Assembly: GCA_963737635.1 (NCBI GenBank)
Contig: CAVTTL010000001.1
Span: 1,664,001-1,728,000 of the forward strand
Direction: 5' to 3'
DNA length: 64,000 nucleotides
Origin: an uncultured Methanoregulaceae archaeon
GTDB lineage: Archaea; Halobacteriota; Methanomicrobia; Methanomicrobiales; Methanospirillaceae
Positions 21,725 to 31,499 of the stretch are shown here, piece after piece (the stretch's first letter is position 1; every line of letters begins with the position of its first letter). The position numbers and the translations under genes were made by a program. The notes below the pieces were generated by a model. It made no database searches and was not told where the DNA came from. It saw only the letters and a program-made list of their open reading frames with translations.

Positions 21725-22604
21725 GTGCGCACCCCACGATCTCTTCGGGATCAATGCCTTTTTTCCCGTACAGGTCTTTCTTTATGGTCTCGAATATCCC
21801 GATATCCCGCTGCACCGCGCTGCCGATCTCGACGGCACGTGCCCCGGCCATCATCATCTCGACCACGTTGTCGGCTGTCGATATCCCGCCGCACCCTATA
21901 ATAGGGATTTTGCATGCTTCGTAGAGCTCGTAGACGCAACGGATGGCAATGGGAAAGATTGCATCCCCGGAGAGCCCGCCGTAACCGTTGCCGAGGACCG
22001 GGCGCTCGAGTCCTGTCGATATGCGCATGGCTTTTACCGTATTGATCGCGACAATTGCTGTTGCCCCTCCCCGTTCTGCGGCCTTTCCTATTGCCGTGAT
22101 ATCGGTAACATTAGGGGTGAGCTTTACCCACGTTGGCATCCCGAGTACGCTCACTGCACGAGTACATTCCTCGACGAGAACAGGATCGACGCCGATTGCC
22201 GCTCCGTAGCCTTCTGCATGGGGGCAGGAGAGATTAAGTTCGACGCCTGCAGCCATTCCTTTGAACCATCCGGCAACTTCTGCAAACTCAGCGGGATTTC
22301 CGCCAAATATGCTGACGATCACCGGTTTATTCTCGAGCGCCGGGAGCTCTTCGGTGAACTCACGCGAGGGGTTCGGGAGCCCCATGGCATTCAGGATGCC
22401 ATTATCGAGGAGGGCAACACAAGGACCGGGATGCCCGTCTTTTGGCTGCGGGCCAATGGACTTGGTCACGACACCGCCTGCTCCCCGGGCAAGCATCCGT
22501 GACAGGGATGCACCGGTTGTCCCGAGAACCCCGGCAGCCAGAAGGAGGTGGTTGTCGAGAGTCACTCCACCGACCGTCACCGGGCCCGTCCTGAGTACGA
22601 CCAT
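21717..22604 (-). CDS. pyrD: Dihydroorotate dehydrogenase (family 1B)
   Basis: LNAMGLPNP, ELNLSCPH, VKLTPN, GGLSG; overlaps pyrK. Confidence 0.95.
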   Translation of the reverse strand: MVVLRTGPVTVGGVTLDNHLLLAAGVLGTTGASLSRMLARGAGGVVTKSIGPQPKDGHPGPCVALLDNGILNAMGLPNPSREFTEELPALENKPVIVSIFGGNPAEFAEVAGWFKGMAAGVELNLSCPHAEGYGAAIGVDPVLVEECTRAVSVLGMPTWVKLTPNVTDITAIGKAAERGGATAIVAINTVKAMRISTGLERPVLGNGYGGLSGDAIFPIAIRCVYELYEACKIPIIGCGGISTADNVVEMMMAGARAVEIGSAVQRDIGIFETIKKDLYGKKGIDPEEIVGCAHE

Positions 22605-22856
22605 CCATCACAAAGTGGACGTAATGTATTATAAAGGACATCTTTTTTAGTGGATTTACGGGTTCTGGTTCTTATGGAAGTGCTGGAATCTTGAAGACCA
22701 AATGTCATCCCATCATTCCTGATATCACCGTTCTAAAATGGGTTGAGGGTGGCGTGTGTAAGAGCACCTAGTCGGGTGGATTAATGGGTTATTTTGTATC
22801 TCATGCCCCACTGAGGGGAGTGGTCAGCCTCTTTTTCCTGTTGTTTGTATCACCCG

Positions 22857-24518
22857 GTTTCAATCCTTGTTCTCTTGGATGTTTTCCTCGAAGTCGGCGG
22901 TTTTTGTCCACGAGATTTCCTCCTGGCAGTTTCAATCCTTGTTCTCTTGGATGTTTTCCTCGAAGCCGGGTAAGGATCGTTGTCTTTCCGTGCGTTTTGG
23001 TTTCAATCCTTGTTCTCTTGGATGTTTTCCTCGAAGCCATCAAGCCAGTCCACAGTCATGGTTTTAGTCGGTTTCAATCCTTGTTCTCTTGGATGTTTTC
23101 CTCGAAGCATGTCGTTAGGTGTGACGGCATTAGGTGCCCTTGTAGTTTCAATCCTTGTTCTCTTGGATGTTTTCCTCGAAGATTGACGCACAGGGTGAAG
23201 GAGTTGGAAGAGGCAAAAAGTTTCAATCCTTGTTCTCTTGGATGTTTTCCTCGAAGTTTACGGGGCCTTCTATGGCCGTGTGTCGCATCAGTTTCAATCC
23301 TTGTTCTCTTGGATGTTTTCCTCGAAGGATACACAGTCATTAGAGTCGCAGGCCAATGCGGGTTTCAATCCTTGTTCTCTTGGATGTTTTCCTCGAAGAT
23401 AGATATCCATGAGACTCACGCAATCGATCCGGGTTTCAATCCTTGTTCTCTTGGATGTTTTCCTCGAAGAACCATCTGTTCCTTATCATCACCGCGTCAA
23501 TCACTGTTTCAATCCTTGTTCTCTTGGATGTTTTCCTCGAAGGTCGATCATTCGACGGTCAATCCTTGTTCTCTTGGATGTTTCCTCGAAGTCCGACGGT
23601 CGACAATGTGTTTCAATCCTTGTTCTCTTGGATGTTTTCCTCGAAGATGCTGTGGACGGGTGGATGTGTCGCTGACCCGTGTTTCAATCCTTGTTCTCTT
23701 GGATGTTTTCCTCGAAGTTTTGCGCAGGCATTATGAGTCCTGTGATTGGCAGTTTCAATCCTTGTTCTCTTGGATGTTTTCCTCGAAGACTTTATTACAT
23801 GCAAGAATACAGAGGGTGTTTTATGTTTCAATCCTTGTTCTCTTGGATGTTTTCCTCGAAGCCGTAGACAAGAAAGCATTTGTGGTATTAGATTCAGGTT
23901 TCAATCCTTGTTCTCTTGGATGTTTTCCTCGAAGTGACACCCATGATCCGTTGGGCCGCCTCGATCATGGTTTCAATCCTTGTTCTCTTGGATGTTTTCC
24001 TCGAAGATCAGCGATCCGGTCAGCATGGTGATCACAGCTAGTTTCAATCCTTGTTCTCTTGGATGTTTTCCTCGAAGTGCATAGTCCGTCGATTGCAGTC
24101 GTCGATGCATGTTTCAATCCTTGTTCTCTTGGATGTTTTCCTCGAAGCAGTCATGCCATCGATTGCCAGCTGCATCGAGTGATAGTTTCAATCCTTGTTC
24201 TCTTGGATGTTTTCCTCGAAGACTGTGCATTGATCAGTGCACTGGCGATCATGACCATGTTTCAATCCTTGTTCTCTTGGATGTTTTCCTCGAAGATCGT
24301 CATGTCGATGATGACTGCATGACTGATCAGATGTTTCAATCCTTGTTCTCTTGGATGTTTTCCTCGAAGATCGTAGCTCAGATCTGTCATACATCGATCG
24401 ACATGGGTTTCAATCCTTGTTCTCTTGGATGTTTTCCTCGAAGTCAGTAGCTGCTGCATCGATGGCACGACCAGATCGCAGGTTTCAATCCTTGTTCTCT
24501 TGGATGTTTTCCTCGAAG
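22857..24518 (-). CRISPR. CRISPR array: 24 repeats (one degenerate) and 23 spacers; 37-bp repeat CTTCGAGGAAAACATCCAAGAGAACAAGGATTGAAAC
   Basis: Direct repeats GTTTCAATCCTTGTTCTCTTGGATGTTTTCCTCGAAG on +, first at 22857 and last at 24482; spacers 33-38 bp except two of 15 and 18 bp; ATTGAAAC 3' end and leader position give minus orientation. Confidence 0.99.
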
Positions 24519-24623
24519 GCCGCCTAATTTTGGCCCTTTTCGGCTATATCTCAGTTAAAATGCTCAGATTTCCCGCATGAAATTCTTCATGCAAAAGTAT
24601 TGATTCCTATTTAAGGATAAGAA
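24519..24623 (-). promoter_or_regulatory. CRISPR leader
   Basis: AT-rich non-coding stretch between the cas4 stop and the first repeat; TATA-like TTAAATA on minus; GCATGAA/TTCATGC inverted repeat. Confidence 0.75.
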
Positions 24624-25214
24624 TCAGGTGCAAATCGTGCCGTAACAGCAGTCAATACACTTGTTTTTGTATTTGCTCTTTGTCGGATAAAATCCTTTGT
24701 CGATAATTTCTAGAATCTCGTTGACTATCTCAACGCCCCGGTCGAAATCGTTTCGGTTAAACTCAAGCGTTTCGATATGGTTGTTACTCCGGGTAAAGCA
24801 GATGAAACCCCGTTTCACATCAAGATTATAATTTTCTTTGATCATGATCGCATGGAGCACCAGCTGGTACTTATAGGTCGGGAAGATTGTATCCTTGAAC
24901 TCCGCGTACTTGTACTCGAACGGAGCGGCTGTACCGTCATCAAGAATGAGAACTTCGTCAATAATCCCCTTGATATGGTGCTGCTTTGACGCAACAAAGA
25001 CATTCATCTCCTTCTTTACGACACCAAGCTTTTTTCGCAGGTACTCGGGGTTCGTGACCAGTTTCTTCTCATGCACTTCCCGCCCTTTCATCACCTTGAA
25101 TCGCAATTCCTGATGCTGAGGAATATCAAGGCAGTGCATGTAGTAGATGAATCGCGGACAGAACAGGTACTCAAGCACATCGGAGATCGTGATGATCGTT
25201 TCGCTGTCTGTCAT
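24624..25214 (-). CDS. cas4: CRISPR-associated Cas4
   Basis: EYLFCPR, GIIDEV, EYK, YQL, C-terminal CIDCCYGTIC Fe-S motif. Confidence 0.95.
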   Translation of the reverse strand: MTDSETIITISDVLEYLFCPRFIYYMHCLDIPQHQELRFKVMKGREVHEKKLVTNPEYLRKKLGVVKKEMNVFVASKQHHIKGIIDEVLILDDGTAAPFEYKYAEFKDTIFPTYKYQLVLHAIMIKENYNLDVKRGFICFTRSNNHIETLEFNRNDFDRGVEIVNEILEIIDKGFYPTKSKYKNKCIDCCYGTICT

Positions 25215-25220
25215 GGAAAT

Positions 25221-25514
25221 TTAGAAAAATTTTGTGAGCAGTTCGTCGCTCACCAGTTTCCGGTCGAATGCCTGCCCGAGCAGTTTTACTTTCCTGAAGG
25301 ATTCGTCATCCATCGGGAACACATAGACCGAATCGACCTTTGGATCGATCTCCTGCTCGCACTCCAGCGCAAGGGAATCCCGCTCGTTTGCATTCAGGTT
25401 CCCCAGAAACACGCTCTTCTGCACACGGTACAACCCTTTATTCTGGCAGATCTGCGATACATGACTCCTCGCCCGGTTCTTTGCGATATCGTACACTACC
25501 CAGACCATTGTCAT
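25221..25514 (-). CDS. cas2: CRISPR-associated Cas2
   Basis: VVYDI, RVQKSVFLG, DSVYVFP. Confidence 0.95.
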   Translation of the reverse strand: MTMVWVVYDIAKNRARSHVSQICQNKGLYRVQKSVFLGNLNANERDSLALECEQEIDPKVDSVYVFPMDDESFRKVKLLGQAFDRKLVSDELLTKFF

Positions 25515-25526
25515 TCATTCACTCCC

Positions 25527-26501
25527 TTACCCGGATTTGATCAGTCCGTTTGCGATACGGTGGCATTCCATCTGGATCGTATTCCTGATCTTCACGTTGC
25601 GGCCATGGTACTCGATTTCGCGGTCGAGCATCTCGTTGAGCGCCGCAATGAGGAGCGTTTTTCCCTCCTTGTTCATGTACAGCCCGCCTGGCACCGGATC
25701 AAAGAGTGCCGGCGTCACCTGTTTTTTTGAGAAGAGGTTCACCACAGTCCGGTCAGCATGCACCCGGAACAGTTCGATAAGATCGAATACGAACGAACGC
25801 TTGTTGTAATTGTCGGTGTGCAGGAACCCCACGTATGGGTCGAGCCCCGCGATGATGCACGCGCGTTCGACCTGCGAGTAGAGCACGCCATACCCGTAGT
25901 TGAGCAGGCAGTTGAATCCGTCCTTTGCCGGATCCCGGCTCCGTCCTTTGAACTTCCACTGCTCGGGCATAATGTTGGCAATCGCATCGAAATACGCCGC
26001 AGATGCCATGCCCTCCACCCCCATGATCGAGCCGCGCCGCGAGTCAAGCGATCCTTTCAGGGCAAGAAGAGTTTTTTGCAATTCTTCGATCTTTGCTATG
26101 GAGAGGTCAAGCTGGTCTTTCTGATCGGGCCGGTTCTTCTTGAGGTCTTTTAAGAGATCGATCTGGTTCTGGATCTTCTCCGCGATCCAGCCCCGGGCCA
26201 GATAAAAACCGGTGTCGGCAGATTCGGCTTCGAGCTGGCGGCGGCGGATCAGAGTAGTGCTGCCGAGTTTTGAGTGCCACACGCGCCCGAACGGGTTGCC
26301 GTGATAATCAAGGAAGATGATGTCGATGTTGTTCTCGACCGCAAATTCGATCGCGTCGGTTGTAATGGTCGCGGATGTCGTGATGAGGATGCTGTCAATC
26401 TTGTCCGCGGAGACTTCAACGATTTTTTCATCGTTCTTGACCAGAAAACAGTTCTTTTCCTTCTTGAGAAACGCACCCCGGGTATTGATGACCAGCTGCA
26501 T
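25527..26501 (-). CDS. cas1: CRISPR-associated Cas1
   Basis: MGVEG, NCLLNYGY, GLDPYVGFLH, FDLIELFR. Confidence 0.97.
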   Translation of the reverse strand: MQLVINTRGAFLKKEKNCFLVKNDEKIVEVSADKIDSILITTSATITTDAIEFAVENNIDIIFLDYHGNPFGRVWHSKLGSTTLIRRRQLEAESADTGFYLARGWIAEKIQNQIDLLKDLKKNRPDQKDQLDLSIAKIEELQKTLLALKGSLDSRRGSIMGVEGMASAAYFDAIANIMPEQWKFKGRSRDPAKDGFNCLLNYGYGVLYSQVERACIIAGLDPYVGFLHTDNYNKRSFVFDLIELFRVHADRTVVNLFSKKQVTPALFDPVPGGLYMNKEGKTLLIAALNEMLDREIEYHGRNVKIRNTIQMECHRIANGLIKSG

Positions 26502-26504
26502 GAT

Positions 26505-27180
26505 TCAGTCCTTTTCATTCTTTAATGTGAGTTGTTTTACCGCCCCAAACCCGCGCGAGACGGATTTGCCGATGCCAAGGTAATCGGGGATCAGGAAATT
26601 TGCATGGAATTTCCCGGTGAAGGTCATGACGCTGACATCCTTGAGCCGGTCTTTCTGGAAATGGAGATTCGTGTCGCATTTGATCATACCAGGAACCTCG
26701 TATCCTAGCGATTTTGACATGGAGATGATGTTCCCGATCAGGATCTTCCGGACGAATTCGTCCCGCTCCTCTTTTCCCTTGAGCGTATAGAACCTCTTGT
26801 AATTCTCCTGGTTGAGCGCAAGCCACGGAGTCACAAACTCGTACGACCGGATCGTGTCCGAGATCCCGAACTCCTCGTCTTTGAGTGCGATACCCCGCTC
26901 GACAATCTGGTAGGTGTTCGCACCCAGCCGGATTTCCTCGGTACTCGTCGTAGATCTTTTTGAGGACTTCCGCACCTTCATTGATGCCGATGACGGTAGG
27001 GATTTCTTTAATCATCTTGTACTGGACGACCGGGTACCGGTAGATGAACTTGTCAGCGTTGTGCTGGTGGAGTTCGGTGTACTCGGCAAACTTCGTGGCA
27101 AAGAATCCGCGCAGTTCGGGAGCAGTACCGTGGATCGGACGTGTCGAGCCAAGGGTCAAGGTGAAGGTGTGGAGGATCAT
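26505..27180 (-). CDS. cas6: CRISPR endoribonuclease Cas6 (Cas6b-like; frameshift near 26940)
   Basis: LRGFF, YRYPVVQYK, YEFVTPWLALNQENY and terminal Gly loop GIGKSVSRGFG, across two overlapping ORFs. Confidence 0.9.
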
Positions 27181-27184
27181 ATGA

Positions 27185-29641
27185 TCAACAGAGAATTGTA
27201 CTACTTTTTGAACTCGTTAAATCAATATCAAATCCGACGCCGTCTTTATCGTATAACCGCTCATCCAAAATACGGAATGGTTCGCTCGTATTATTTATCT
27301 GTAAATCTTCCGGCCGTATTTTCATCCATGGTCCAAATCTAATATTAACTGAGCAATTTGCGATACGTTTACCAAGTCGTTTCATTTCATATCTCCGCAT
27401 CCATCTGTCTTTAATGGTTAATGCGTTTCGGATATCCGAAGGTAATGTATCATCCAAAGATGAAACTATAAATTGTTCCTGATGTTCGTCATCTCTTAAT
27501 AACTTTTTAATATTAACAATTTGTTCATTCTTGGTATCCCGGTTAATGCAATGTGTGTAATTGGCATATGCGGATACCACTTTCATTGATTGATTTAATT
27601 TCTGCTGAACTAATGAGAAGTAGAGAGTCCCGAGTTTGTAAAAATCCTTCTCGGGAATTTCTGGTTGTGAGGTCAGACTCCGATTCGTCTGTTCAAGGAG
27701 AATATTATCATAAATCATTGGAGAGAATTCCCGTCCTTTTTCATTAATCAGGGAGACTATTTCGATAACACTCTCTTTCTTTTCACCGTTGCGGTTACAA
27801 CGACCACAAACCTGAAAAATGGAATCTAATGGTGCATGATCACGAATGATAAAATCTGCATCAATATCCACACCGGCTTCTATACATTGTGTAGTAACAA
27901 TAACGGGATTTTGATGTTTTTCAATACATTTCTTTATCTTACAAACCCGCTTGCATCTTTCAGAGGGTGTAACATAAGATGAGAGATATATCAACGGCCG
28001 TAACTCAATGATGCCCTCTTTTATTAGGCCCTGTATTTTTTTGTGAATTAATTTACTTGAATCCCTCGTATTCATTACCAACATGACTGAGTTATCTGAG
28101 TATTTCTTGAGTAATTCTGGAAGGTTATCACAAAACAAATCAAGTGCTATTTTTTCAGGTTTTATCTGAAGTTTAACTCTCTTGCGATTTTCAAAATAAC
28201 TTGTATGGTAAGGAACTCGTTCTACAATTCCCGGGAAAAAACCGGGTTGGGTTGCAGACATCAGAACAAGATGGGTTTCACCTACTTCAGAGAGCGTCCT
28301 GAAAAAAAATTCAAATGGCTTCCAGAGTTCAGAAGGTAACGCTTGGATTTCATCGAATACTATAATTGCATTAAAAAGATTATGAAATCTCATAAGGGGT
28401 TTAGATTTTAATGAAAATATTGAGTAGAGCACTTGATCAAAGGTGGATACGATAATTTCAGAGTTCCATATGTTCAAGAAAAAGTCAATCGAATTATTGC
28501 TACGTTCATTATCATCAATACCGTTTTTGTATTCGAAATCTGCAATGGAATACCGGGGCATGTACAACCGGTCTTTATGAATTTCGTAAAGTCCGGATAA
28601 GAACTTCTTATATTCCGTATCCGTTTGTTCAATGATCGAAAGAAATGGCAGGGCAACAATAATTTTTGGAGTGAATTTTTTTTCCAGTTGAATTCTCTCT
28701 CGCAGCTTCAACGCCCACGATGCAGAGAGTAATGTTTTCCCGAGGCCGGTCGGTAACGTAATAGAATGAAGGTGTTCATTCAATGGAAAAAGACTAATAT
28801 TGCTAATCGTTTGTTGGTATGCCCGTATTCTCTCTTCGTTGATTACACCGGTTTTATTGAAATTTTTCAGATAATTGTCAACAAGATCAGCGGGAATGTC
28901 TATTGCATTCCGTTCATATTGATCTGGATTATCAGAGGCCAGATAAGCTTTGTCTGCTTCCAGAAGAATGGAATACAGCAGCAATGCTAAAATTCTCTGC
29001 TCAACATATTTTGATAATTCGGAAGGGTTATGATCATCGAAATTTGGGTATTTTCCATGTAGTTTTCGAATTTTACTTTGGATTGAATTAATAGACTCTT
29101 CATTGAATCCTTTTCCCTGCTGAAGATTTACTCCGGATATGGTATAATTAAAAAATTCCGGGTTAATATTCTGGAGTTGCAAAATCAACAACTCGGATTT
29201 TATATCACATTCTTTCCGGATCTCCTCAATGCTCTTGTACCTGCCGTGATGGCCTTCTATTGCCAGAAATACTGCAAGAGGCAAAAAGGATCTCCAGCGA
29301 GGTTCAATATGAGCGTTTTTCTCTTCAGATAGCCAGAGTTCCACCATATGCCAACCAAAAAAAGCGGACAGAAATGCATGTGATTTTTCGTCATCGCTTC
29401 CTTCGTAACGAGTATTATTCACCTTGCTCATAATGTATTTTTGAAAAAACAAGGAACTTTTTGCAAAATCATGACACACACCTGTGATTTCACATAATTC
29501 GCAAATTTCTATTTTGGAAAGTCCATTAAAATTCAGGTGTTTCTGGCTGATAAGATAATGAGAGACCGTACTTACCTGTGAAAGATGCTCAAAGAGTTTT
29601 AAGGGGGGATCAAGTGGATGAGAAATTAGTGAATATTCCAC
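27185..29641 (-). CDS. cas3: Cas3 HD nuclease-helicase
   Basis: LFEHL, CHDFAK, GHHG, LPTGLGKT, FDEIQ, MSATQP, EAGVDID, QVCGRCNR; GTG start at 29641 preceded by GGTGA. Confidence 0.93.
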   Translation of the reverse strand: MEYSLISHPLDPPLKLFEHLSQVSTVSHYLISQKHLNFNGLSKIEICELCEITGVCHDFAKSSLFFQKYIMSKVNNTRYEGSDDEKSHAFLSAFFGWHMVELWLSEEKNAHIEPRWRSFLPLAVFLAIEGHHGRYKSIEEIRKECDIKSELLILQLQNINPEFFNYTISGVNLQQGKGFNEESINSIQSKIRKLHGKYPNFDDHNPSELSKYVEQRILALLLYSILLEADKAYLASDNPDQYERNAIDIPADLVDNYLKNFNKTGVINEERIRAYQQTISNISLFPLNEHLHSITLPTGLGKTLLSASWALKLRERIQLEKKFTPKIIVALPFLSIIEQTDTEYKKFLSGLYEIHKDRLYMPRYSIADFEYKNGIDDNERSNNSIDFFLNIWNSEIIVSTFDQVLYSIFSLKSKPLMRFHNLFNAIIVFDEIQALPSELWKPFEFFFRTLSEVGETHLVLMSATQPGFFPGIVERVPYHTSYFENRKRVKLQIKPEKIALDLFCDNLPELLKKYSDNSVMLVMNTRDSSKLIHKKIQGLIKEGIIELRPLIYLSSYVTPSERCKRVCKIKKCIEKHQNPVIVTTQCIEAGVDIDADFIIRDHAPLDSIFQVCGRCNRNGEKKESVIEIVSLINEKGREFSPMIYDNILLEQTNRSLTSQPEIPEKDFYKLGTLYFSLVQQKLNQSMKVVSAYANYTHCINRDTKNEQIVNIKKLLRDDEHQEQFIVSSLDDTLPSDIRNALTIKDRWMRRYEMKRLGKRIANCSVNIRFGPWMKIRPEDLQINNTSEPFRILDERLYDKDGVGFDIDLTSSKSSTILC

Positions 29642-29652
29642 ACGGATCACCG

Positions 29653-30418
29653 TTACAGGAATGTAATGTTCTTTTTTTCGAACTGATATGAATTCCCACG
29701 CATATTTGCCGGAATTGGAGATACAGCCATATTGAGGACATAAGCTTTTGTATGAAAATTTCCGCTCTTTATCGCCAATATGAGGTACTTTCAACTCCTG
29801 AATATTATACCTTTTATTAGAGGTAATTTTTTTGAACACTAATGAGCACTCGTCTTTCGCTATGACAGTTGAGATTTCCCTTTCTCCGGGACCCAGAAAT
29901 GACGCTACATCATCGGAGAGATATTCTAACGTTGCAAGGAACTCAGATAGTCCCATACAAGGGGTGTAGACCGATCTTTCATTTTTTAGTCGGGATTTTA
30001 ATTCGTCCATCCTATCAGTCAAATTTACGTAGAGGATAAAACTGGGATCTCGCAATAGTTCCATCGGAATCTGAGTTGCAGTATTCGAAGCCGGAATTCT
30101 TTTCAATGGTTTGAGGAGTTTTTCTTTTTTTGATATTTTGATCGAATAATTAATGTCGCCGGAACTATCCTGCCTGAAATTGGTTACATGGGTGATTGTT
30201 TTAATCTCTTTTTCAATTTCAACGCCCACTTTCATATTTTTATCTCGGGAAAATTCAGAAATGTTATCTTTTTGTATTCCAAGAATTGCTCCCAGCAACC
30301 CTGCAATTGCCGGTCTTGGCGGAAAGGGGTACGTTAAGGAGGACACATTGCTGTACGGTTTCCTGAAGTGTCCGTATTTTGCCTGATACCTGATCGCAAT
30401 TACTGGAATGGATTCCAT
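29653..30418 (-). CDS. cas5: Cas5 (type I-B); read-through into cas3 is probably caused by a 1-bp error near 29748
   Basis: YGHFRKPYSNVSSLTYPFPPRPAIAGLLGAILG and YTPCMGLSEF; removing one A restores the C-terminus YKAYVLNM...KKNITFL* (TAA 29653-29655). Confidence 0.9.
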
Positions 30419-30425
30419 ACAATTC

Positions 30426-31499
30426 TCACTGTGCAGAGATTCTGTCGATATTCAAATCTATGACTTGTTTTTCTCCATCAGGCAAACTGGCTTTTAGTTC
30501 CGTGATGAGGGCTTTACCGTAATAATCGTGGAACTCCGGAGACTGACAGTATTCTATCCTTTCAATTTTGTCGTTGACCCTTTCGAGGGCGGCGATTAAT
30601 TTGGTGAAATCAAGAGAATAATCGCCGATCTTCCGAATGTTAATCTCTTCAGCCACATCTTTATTGGGTGTCAATTTTATTTTTTCTTCAAGGGAGCCGA
30701 TATGATATTCTGTGGGGACTTCTTCGTCTTTCCCATTTTCTTTAATTTTTATTCTTTCTTTGTAGACAATATTTATGAGCAAACGGGGCTGTTGTTCCCG
30801 CTTTGTACGAGTGTTAGCCGAAGATGTTTCCCGGACTCCTTTCCACAACGCTGCTTTAAACTTTGTGAGATCAGCTTCCGACAGATCGGTTGTTTTTGCG
30901 GCATTTTCGTTTGCCACACCATGAAAGGCAATTAATCCATAAGGGATTCCATAATATGTCGTAAACGTGCCCTGTTTCTGTTCGGAATCCTCGGCTTCTC
31001 CTTTTGAACGGAATATGCTTGTACCATGGAAGGTTATTTCTTCAACTTTGTTGAGGGTCTCACCGAAATTAATCTGGATCGGCCCGGTTATCTTGCTTGT
31101 TTCGCCCCATTCCTCGGGAGCTCCTTTGAAAGCAAGAGGACTTCCAAAGAGTCTAAGATCGATAAATAACTCCTTCAGCGTTTTCATCAGCTCTTCGCCA
31201 TCAATTTTCTTTTTATCGATTTCTTCAAGACGTGATTTTACCCTATCCGTGAGGTTTACTGTTTTTGTGCCAAGCTTTGTGACTAAAATATTCTTTTCGC
31301 CATCAGTTTGGATAAGGTAGTCCCTCACAAATCGTTTCAACCGGACATCTGTAACATAACAGTGTTTTGTGACTTCATCGATTCGGGGTCGGTTCTCATC
31401 GGGATCGCCATTGGGATTCCCGTTTTTGATATCATACACAAACAGGAATTCATTCCTGTTTTTTATGCTATTCGTTTTTTTTTCAGGAACTGGTGTCAT
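30426..31499 (-). CDS. cas7: Cas7/Csh2 (type I-B)
   Basis: NPNGDPDENRPR, VTDVRLKRFVRDY, IDLRLFG, TGPIQ. Confidence 0.93.
   Translation of the reverse strand: MTPVPEKKTNSIKNRNEFLFVYDIKNGNPNGDPDENRPRIDEVTKHCYVTDVRLKRFVRDYLIQTDGEKNILVTKLGTKTVNLTDRVKSRLEEIDKKKIDGEELMKTLKELFIDLRLFGSPLAFKGAPEEWGETSKITGPIQINFGETLNKVEEITFHGTSIFRSKGEAEDSEQKQGTFTTYYGIPYGLIAFHGVANENAAKTTDLSEADLTKFKAALWKGVRETSSANTRTKREQQPRLLINIVYKERIKIKENGKDEEVPTEYHIGSLEEKIKLTPNKDVAEEINIRKIGDYSLDFTKLIAALERVNDKIERIEYCQSPEFHDYYGKALITELKASLPDGEKQVIDLNIDRISAQ

Noticed and set aside
22787-22822. Possible degenerate terminal CRISPR repeat
   Set aside because: Only a short weak similarity (TTGTATCTCATG vs TTGTTCTCTTGG), not enough to call.
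22784-24468. 415-aa ORF and other repetitive ORFs across the array
   Set aside because: These are translations of CRISPR repeats (FNPCSLGCFPR, FQSLFSWMFSSK), not genes.
22894-24481. Self-targeting spacers
   Set aside because: No match to the rest of the window was noticed by eye; an exhaustive alignment could not be run.
27185-30418. Apparent 1077-aa Cas5-Cas3 fusion
   Set aside because: Removing one A from an AAAA run near 29748 gives a typical Cas5 end (...KKNITFL*), followed by GGTGA and a GTG start for cas3. The window has many such indels, so it is most likely an artefact; a read check would settle it.
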